DNA of 20,000 nucleotides, from the IMG/VR virus record IMGVR_UViG_3300021431_000013; one strand, given 5' to 3'. This document shows, piece by piece, positions 15,701 to 20,000 of the stretch. Source of the DNA: an uncultured virus (IMG/VR IMGVR_UViG_3300021431_000013). Taxonomy: Duplodnaviria; Heunggongvirae; Uroviricota; Caudoviricetes. Under the pieces are notes generated by a model. That model made no database searches. It saw only the letters and a list, made by a program, of their open reading frames with translations, and was not told where the DNA came from. A program made the translations under genes and the position numbers. How positions within the stretch are numbered: position 1 is the stretch's first letter; each line of letters starts with the position of its first letter.

Positions 15701-16953
15701 AAAATGTTATAAACGGATTGTTAGAAGGTATTCTTCATCCCATGTCTACAATAACATCTTGGATTGACAAGAATATCTTTAAACCAATTACTGGTGGTGT
15801 ATCATCGTTATTCGGTATTGGCAAAAGTAATTCCTCGTTTAATAACATAGGTAAAGATTTAGTATCTGATTTACAAGGCGGTATCTCTAGCAGTACAAGC
15901 AATATGAACGGTTGGGTTGCTAGTAACATGACTAACAAAATCAACGGCTTTGTCACTTCCAACTGGGGTATACGCGGTTCATCGTCTTCAACATTTAATA
16001 AATTCGGTAATCAACTTATCGGCGGATTACAGAATGGTTTAACGTCTTCAGCACGTGCCAGCCAAGCATGGTTACAAAGTAGCGTTACTTCTACGATGAG
16101 TAATTACTTTAAAAACTTACTTGGAATTGGAAGTAATCGCGGTGTATTTAATCAGTTCGGTTCTGCTTTGATGAATGACTTAAAGACAGGAATTAACGGT
16201 GGCATAACTGCTATTACAGGTGCTTTATCATCGTTACAGAGTAGTATGTACAATGCCTTTTCTGGATATTCTTGGTCATCTATAGGTAGTAATATCGCAA
16301 CTGGTATTTATAACGGATTAGTTAATAACTGGAATTGGTTAGTTAATACAGCGTACAATCTCGCAACTAATATATTTAATGCCGCATGTTGGGCATTAGG
16401 TATTCACTCTCCGTCAAAGAAATTTGCTTGGATTGGTAACATGGTTACTGCTGGTATGTCAGACGGTATCGAAACAACTGGTGACAGAGTACTCGATGCT
16501 ATGTCTAATATTACTGGTGATTTAATTGAAAACGCAGAAGATACAAATCCAGAACTTGTACTTGATGGCTCACTTAGTGAATTAAATTCTAGCCTTGATA
16601 CGATACTTTCTGGATTCTCTGATAAGGTCGTTACTGAATTTAGCATGTTAATATCTACACTTGAAAAACTCGGAGAATCGTTACAGTTAGCAATTCCAGG
16701 TATTGCACTTGGTCAAGTTGCTCCGTATTCTATCGGTAATTCATCTAACTCTAATGCCAATACAATTTCCAAGTTAATCGACATTGTACGTGAATTAAGT
16801 GCAGATATGGTAACTAGAGATGATTTACAGGAAATTATTGAAGCTATAAATGATAAAGACTTTGATGTTCGTTTAGGGGATGAGCAAGTAGCAAGAAGTG
16901 CAAACCGAGGAAATAAAAAATTAAATAGACGTTATAACCCAGTTGTGTTATAA
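12736..16953 (+). CDS. tail tape measure protein (~1405 aa)
   Basis: GGAGG RBS fits ATG 12736. N-terminal coiled coil, LAGFDDVEIL, periodic (D/N)W..LG repeats and GI(A/H)SPSK motifs. Confidence 0.92.
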   Translation: MATYDADIGLTTNLEPGNVIAAAEKINKEIEAVFKHADGIDLSKNTSKALDTLEDLRVRLQDTLAEVHELANTRVPSHDYEVMLDIVDNANRQLTETSNKIDTLIDKQQELAQQKVPTQEYTDLKAEISYSEDALTRLRASMQKLIDKTKTGKPRSEKFKKMKADAEALEIKISELKQKLQELEDTGKNFESGRNTPEFANLEAQIEAENAKYQAIERTRATAQAKLSAMEKTGADTMSGLKSAQAKELLQSLNEITNEATVATEAVRGFGEIPGIDKANQSMGRLMSIMTRFLQLNDSAEGEDSEEEGEGTPGLLSRIASTAGKAATNLAKLTFGGPLKLVKASLTTIANLAKKAASNLAKMAGRAIINGLKSLGKSIAGVSKHSSRNNSILDKGFKTFIKYAFGVRSFFFLFRKIRSAIIDGFGDLAQVHEPFNSAMSSIMTSLNYLRNSFASAFAPIIETVAPALTTFINLVAEAVSKVGMLIAALTGKEFVRALPVQKDYAKSVAGTAKNAKSASKATSEQNKKTKELQRTLAGFDDVEILHEDNDNDTSSPDTDASAVAAPGFGSGAIDSAVKSFAGKIIEAWKNADFYEIGKIVGEKLKAALESIPWARIKEVLRKIAKSIATFLNGFLEVPGLFTEIGKTLAEGINSAFEFFDSFIRNFHWDSLGRAIHDGILGITSNLDWTLIFRTFSNLGKGLAEFINNGFTDPAVWTGIFTTIANKFNAILLGLVSFVNTVKWNELASAIGTGLSNGIGTFKWDTLGNLLIGVINGLINRTYDFVSTFDFKSFGSVLGGKVSGAINGIDWAKGAANVAKTISGLFEALNGFIERINWKELGKKVVTTIASFLGNFNWAAFGRFISNCFIALWSFFAGVIETIKWDEIPGKILKVISEFLTGFDWAGTVHALGEILAAEFKTLVDAGSSILTAVFKVAADIIEGGKEGILNALTNIGTWIVDNIVNPFIDGVNAAFGIASPSKEMMPLGENVINGLLEGILHPMSTITSWIDKNIFKPITGGVSSLFGIGKSNSSFNNIGKDLVSDLQGGISSSTSNMNGWVASNMTNKINGFVTSNWGIRGSSSSTFNKFGNQLIGGLQNGLTSSARASQAWLQSSVTSTMSNYFKNLLGIGSNRGVFNQFGSALMNDLKTGINGGITAITGALSSLQSSMYNAFSGYSWSSIGSNIATGIYNGLVNNWNWLVNTAYNLATNIFNAACWALGIHSPSKKFAWIGNMVTAGMSDGIETTGDRVLDAMSNITGDLIENAEDTNPELVLDGSLSELNSSLDTILSGFSDKVVTEFSMLISTLEKLGESLQLAIPGIALGQVAPYSIGNSSNSNANTISKLIDIVRELSADMVTRDDLQEIIEAINDKDFDVRLGDEQVARSANRGNKKLNRRYNPVVL

Positions 16954-16954
16954 T
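16926..16954 (+). promoter_or_regulatory. possible internal promoter for tail-tip genes
   Basis: TAGACG (16926-16931), 17 bp, TATAAT (16949-16954) with extended -10 TG at 16946-16947. Overlaps the tape measure stop. Confidence 0.4.
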
Positions 16955-16976
16955 GTTTATATAAGAGGTGATTGAT

Positions 16977-17345
16977 ATGGCAGAATATCAACCGTTTAAG
17001 ATTGATGGGGTGGCAATACCCACCCCTCATGAATACGGATACAGTGAAGAAGATTTGTCAAGCGAAAGAACGGGTAGAACGCTTGATGGCGTTATGCACA
17101 AAGACGTAGTAGCCGTTAAAGATACTTATCCGTGTACATGGAAAAGTTTATCGTGGGAAGATACTGCAACTATTATGAACGCAGTACACGGCAAAACTCA
17201 AGTAAAATTTACACATGTTGACCCAAAATTTCCTAATCAGTTTATCACGAAAGACTTTTATATAGGCAAACGTGATTGTAAATTAAAAGGATTAAATTTA
17301 AAAAAGCAGTGGAGTGACATAACTCTAACATTTATAGAGATATAA
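16977..17345 (+). CDS. putative distal tail protein (DUF6711-like)
   Basis: GAGGTGA RBS fits ATG 16977. IDG..IPTP, DLSSERTGRTLDG.MHKD.V and terminal FIE motifs. Directly after the tape measure. Confidence 0.75.
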   Translation: MAEYQPFKIDGVAIPTPHEYGYSEEDLSSERTGRTLDGVMHKDVVAVKDTYPCTWKSLSWEDTATIMNAVHGKTQVKFTHVDPKFPNQFITKDFYIGKRDCKLKGLNLKKQWSDITLTFIEI

Positions 17346-17354
17346 GGAGTTTAT

Positions 17355-19814
17355 ATGATTAATGTTTCAAAGACATTTAGGCGTAATCTATATGAAGGCA
17401 ATAATAAATTCCTTATGCGATTAGTAATAACATTACAAGACGATACGCAACTTGAAGTACAAAACGACAATATAATGAGTAATAGCGGTATCTTAATTGA
17501 TGATGCTGTTTCTGAAGATGATGATTTTACTGCTTTAGGTTCTGCAATTATTAATGCTTGTGATGTTATTCTTTATAATAATACCAATTTATATTCGAAC
17601 TATGAATTTATTAATGCCAAAGTTGTTGTATACGTAGGATTACGGCTCGGAGAAAATAATGTAGAAGAATTTAAAAAAGGTACATATACAGTTGACGATG
17701 CTGTTTATGGAGAATATACTGTAACATTATCACTCGTTGATGAGATGGCTCAGTTTGACAGACCGTACAGCGAAAGTCAGTTAGCTTATCCTGCAACATT
17801 AAATAGTATTATCTTAAATGCTTGTAGTATCTGTAATGTACCACTTGCAACTAGTTCTTTACAATTTCCGCATAGAGATTTTTCTGTACCTAATAGACCG
17901 AGTGGTGAAAGCACAACATTCAGAGAAGTTATAGGCTGGGTTGCTACGCTAGCAGGTTGTTTTGCAAGATGTAATGTTGATGGCGAATTAGAGTTAAAAT
18001 GGTTTGACATTAATTCACTTGATGCAGAACAAGAAGCTGTATATGATGGCGGAACAATTAATCCGTGGTCAACCGGCAATACTGTAGACGGTGGCACATT
18101 TAATCCGTGGTCAACAGGCGATACTGTAGACGGCGGTGCGTTTACTGATACACATAACGTTCATTACATTTCATCTTTACATTCTCAATCTTTGGGTGTA
18201 GATGATGTAGTAATAACTGGTGTCAGAATAACGGTAGAAATTGACGATGTAGAATCGGATGAAGATACCAAAGTATTCATGCAAGGTACCGATGGTTATG
18301 TGATAGACATAGCTGATAATAAGTTTATTACTGAAGATAACGCCACAACAATATTAACTTGGTTAGCTACATTATTAATCGGCACTAGATTTAGAAAGTG
18401 CAATATTCAACATCCGACAGACCCAACGATTGAAGCTGGTGATATTGCATTATTATGGGATACTAAAGATGTTGAACATAGAATATTAATAACTAGAGTT
18501 GATTTTTCTCCTACTCGTTTACAGACAGTTATTTCAGGAGCGGCTCCTGTTGGTAGAAACTCTGCTACACGATTTAGCAGTCAAACTAAATCATATGTAG
18601 AAACTAGGAGACAGTTACGGGAACAAAAAGATAGTTACGATGATGCACTAGAAAGGTTGGCAGAAAGAGTTGATAGTTCTAGTGGTTTATATGAAACTGA
18701 TGTCACACAACAGGACAGTTCTGTGATAAAATATTATCATAATAAACCACAATTATCAGAATCAGATATACAGATTGTAATCTCTGATGTAGGCATTACA
18801 GTCACATCAAACGGCACCGACACTAATCCAACATGGTATGGTCTTACTGTTGATGGTAATTTAATTACTAGTATTTTAAATACTGTTGGTATTAATGCTG
18901 ACTGGATTGTAACTGGAACAATTCAAGACCAAGCAGGTAAGAACAATTGGAATCTAATTACTGGCCTTTTGTCAATTAATGACGGTTCTATTGAGACATC
19001 GAGGGAAGTCGGAAATAATACGGGTAAAATTGTTATTGACGGCGGTGCGATAACATTTTATAGAGACGGTGTAGAAGGGGCATCGCTAACACCTTTTCAA
19101 TATACAACGTACAGAGACAATTACGGAAATGCTTTATGTATCACATACAAGGACGCTGTTGTATTTGGAAGAGTTTCTGGAAATAGCTATAGTGCATCAA
19201 TGCGTTTGGTATATGGGTCAGATTCCATTGCGAGATTGTTTTTAAGTTCCATTGTCTTTGAAGGCGGGAACTCAAGTTTTCTCAATATAAAGGGCGGTTC
19301 GTCAAGTAGTGCAAAGGGGATGTACTTCACAAATACGGCGGCGTATGTCACAGGGTACTTGTATGCACTTGATAACTTCTACAACGAAAAAGCATTAAGC
19401 AACACAAGTACGTATAGAACCGTTACGATGACAGCTACTGGTCTTCTCGGTGTAACATCTTCATCAAAACGATGGAAAGAGAATATACATAAAGTTGATG
19501 AGACTGATGCAAGAGCGATTGTAGATGGATTATTGGCAGTTGATGTGGTCAGATTCCAATATAAAGAAGGACATGTTTCGGACGAACATTTTGATTATTC
19601 AAAACCTATACTTGGTTTAATAGCTGAAGACGTATATGCCAAATTTCCAGATGGTGCAATTGTTGATGCTAAAGACGAAACACTTGTTGATGACTGGGAT
19701 TTTCGAAAAATAATACCTGCCTTAATCTTGACTGCCCAAGAACAAAAACAGAAAATTGATGAACTTGAGGATCGTATCACACGTCTTGAAACATTATTAT
19801 TAAAGGAGGAATAA
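17355..19814 (+). CDS. tail tip/fibre protein with a C-terminal S74-type intramolecular chaperone
   Basis: AAGGAG RBS. N-terminal hub-like region (YPATL..I...C, TFREVIGWVA..AG.FA), HNKP.L.ES, G.T.DG..I..IL..GINADWI.TG, then SSKRWKENI..GLIAEDV..coiled coil. Confidence 0.85.
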   Translation: MINVSKTFRRNLYEGNNKFLMRLVITLQDDTQLEVQNDNIMSNSGILIDDAVSEDDDFTALGSAIINACDVILYNNTNLYSNYEFINAKVVVYVGLRLGENNVEEFKKGTYTVDDAVYGEYTVTLSLVDEMAQFDRPYSESQLAYPATLNSIILNACSICNVPLATSSLQFPHRDFSVPNRPSGESTTFREVIGWVATLAGCFARCNVDGELELKWFDINSLDAEQEAVYDGGTINPWSTGNTVDGGTFNPWSTGDTVDGGAFTDTHNVHYISSLHSQSLGVDDVVITGVRITVEIDDVESDEDTKVFMQGTDGYVIDIADNKFITEDNATTILTWLATLLIGTRFRKCNIQHPTDPTIEAGDIALLWDTKDVEHRILITRVDFSPTRLQTVISGAAPVGRNSATRFSSQTKSYVETRRQLREQKDSYDDALERLAERVDSSSGLYETDVTQQDSSVIKYYHNKPQLSESDIQIVISDVGITVTSNGTDTNPTWYGLTVDGNLITSILNTVGINADWIVTGTIQDQAGKNNWNLITGLLSINDGSIETSREVGNNTGKIVIDGGAITFYRDGVEGASLTPFQYTTYRDNYGNALCITYKDAVVFGRVSGNSYSASMRLVYGSDSIARLFLSSIVFEGGNSSFLNIKGGSSSSAKGMYFTNTAAYVTGYLYALDNFYNEKALSNTSTYRTVTMTATGLLGVTSSSKRWKENIHKVDETDARAIVDGLLAVDVVRFQYKEGHVSDEHFDYSKPILGLIAEDVYAKFPDGAIVDAKDETLVDDWDFRKIIPALILTAQEQKQKIDELEDRITRLETLLLKEE
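18045..18143 (+). repeat. 42-nt tandem repeat (about 2.4 copies) encoding DGGT(I/F)NPWSTG(N/D)TV
   Basis: Units start at 18045, 18087 and 18129. TAATCCGTGGTCAAC and ATACTGTAGACGG each recur at a 42-nt period. Confidence 0.9.
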
Positions 19815-19816
19815 TT

Positions 19817-20000
19817 GTGTATCAGTATTATGTAACGGAAGTTAGAAAAACACAAGCAGGTGAATTTGAACATGAAAATTATTGGGCTTTTGATGAAAAC
19901 GCTGAAAAAGCAAGACTGAAGGGAGAAGCTAAGTTTCACGAAATCCTGTCTAGAGCGGCGATTTCTACCTATGCAGAACACGGCGCAATCTTGTTCAGTT
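19817..20000 (+). CDS. hypothetical phage protein (3'-truncated; not in ORF track)
   Basis: AAGGAGG RBS, GTG 19817, open to the window end: MYQYYVTEVRKTQAGEFEHENYWAFDENAEKARLKGEAKFHEILSRAAISTYAEHGAILFS. Confidence 0.75.
   Translation, partial: MYQYYVTEVRKTQAGEFEHENYWAFDENAEKARLKGEAKFHEILSRAAISTYAEHGAILFS

Noticed and set aside
13575..16646. Minus-strand ORFs inside the tape measure gene, and the other short antisense or nested ORFs in the track
   Set aside because: They are fully nested in well-supported + strand genes and show no motifs or RBS.
1..20000. CRISPR array, tRNA, intron/intein, DGR repeats or stop-codon reassignment
   Set aside because: I saw no spaced direct repeats, cloverleaf, reverse transcriptase or interrupted genes. 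Genes are full length in the standard code. This was a visual scan only.

Overview
The window is the late (packaging, lysis and morphogenesis) region of a tailed siphovirus-type phage or prophage, probably of a low-GC Firmicutes host such as a Clostridia/Lachnospiraceae-like bacterium (inferred). All credible genes are on the + strand. Order: end of an acidic ORF, sigma-A-type promoter, small membrane protein, 22-aa Arg-rich micro-ORF missing from the ORF track, hypothetical, terminase small subunit, [holin, GH25 endolysin, C39-like peptidase], terminase large subunit, [DUF4417, small basic protein], portal, second promoter with a ~190-nt structured leader, scaffold, major capsid, head-tail/neck genes, major tail, tail chaperones, tape measure, distal-tail-like protein, tail protein with S74 chaperone, partial ORF. 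Main points of interest: (1) two covarying pseudoknots and an anti-SD in the scaffold leader; (2) the protamine-like micropeptide, which shares an N-terminal basic RGG motif with the DUF4417 partner in an operon that also encodes a C39-like peptidase; (3) a lysis cassette placed between terS and terL; (4) almost no GATC sites; (5) an RBS-occluding inverted repeat just after the capsid gene. All family assignments come from motif recognition by eye, not from database searches.
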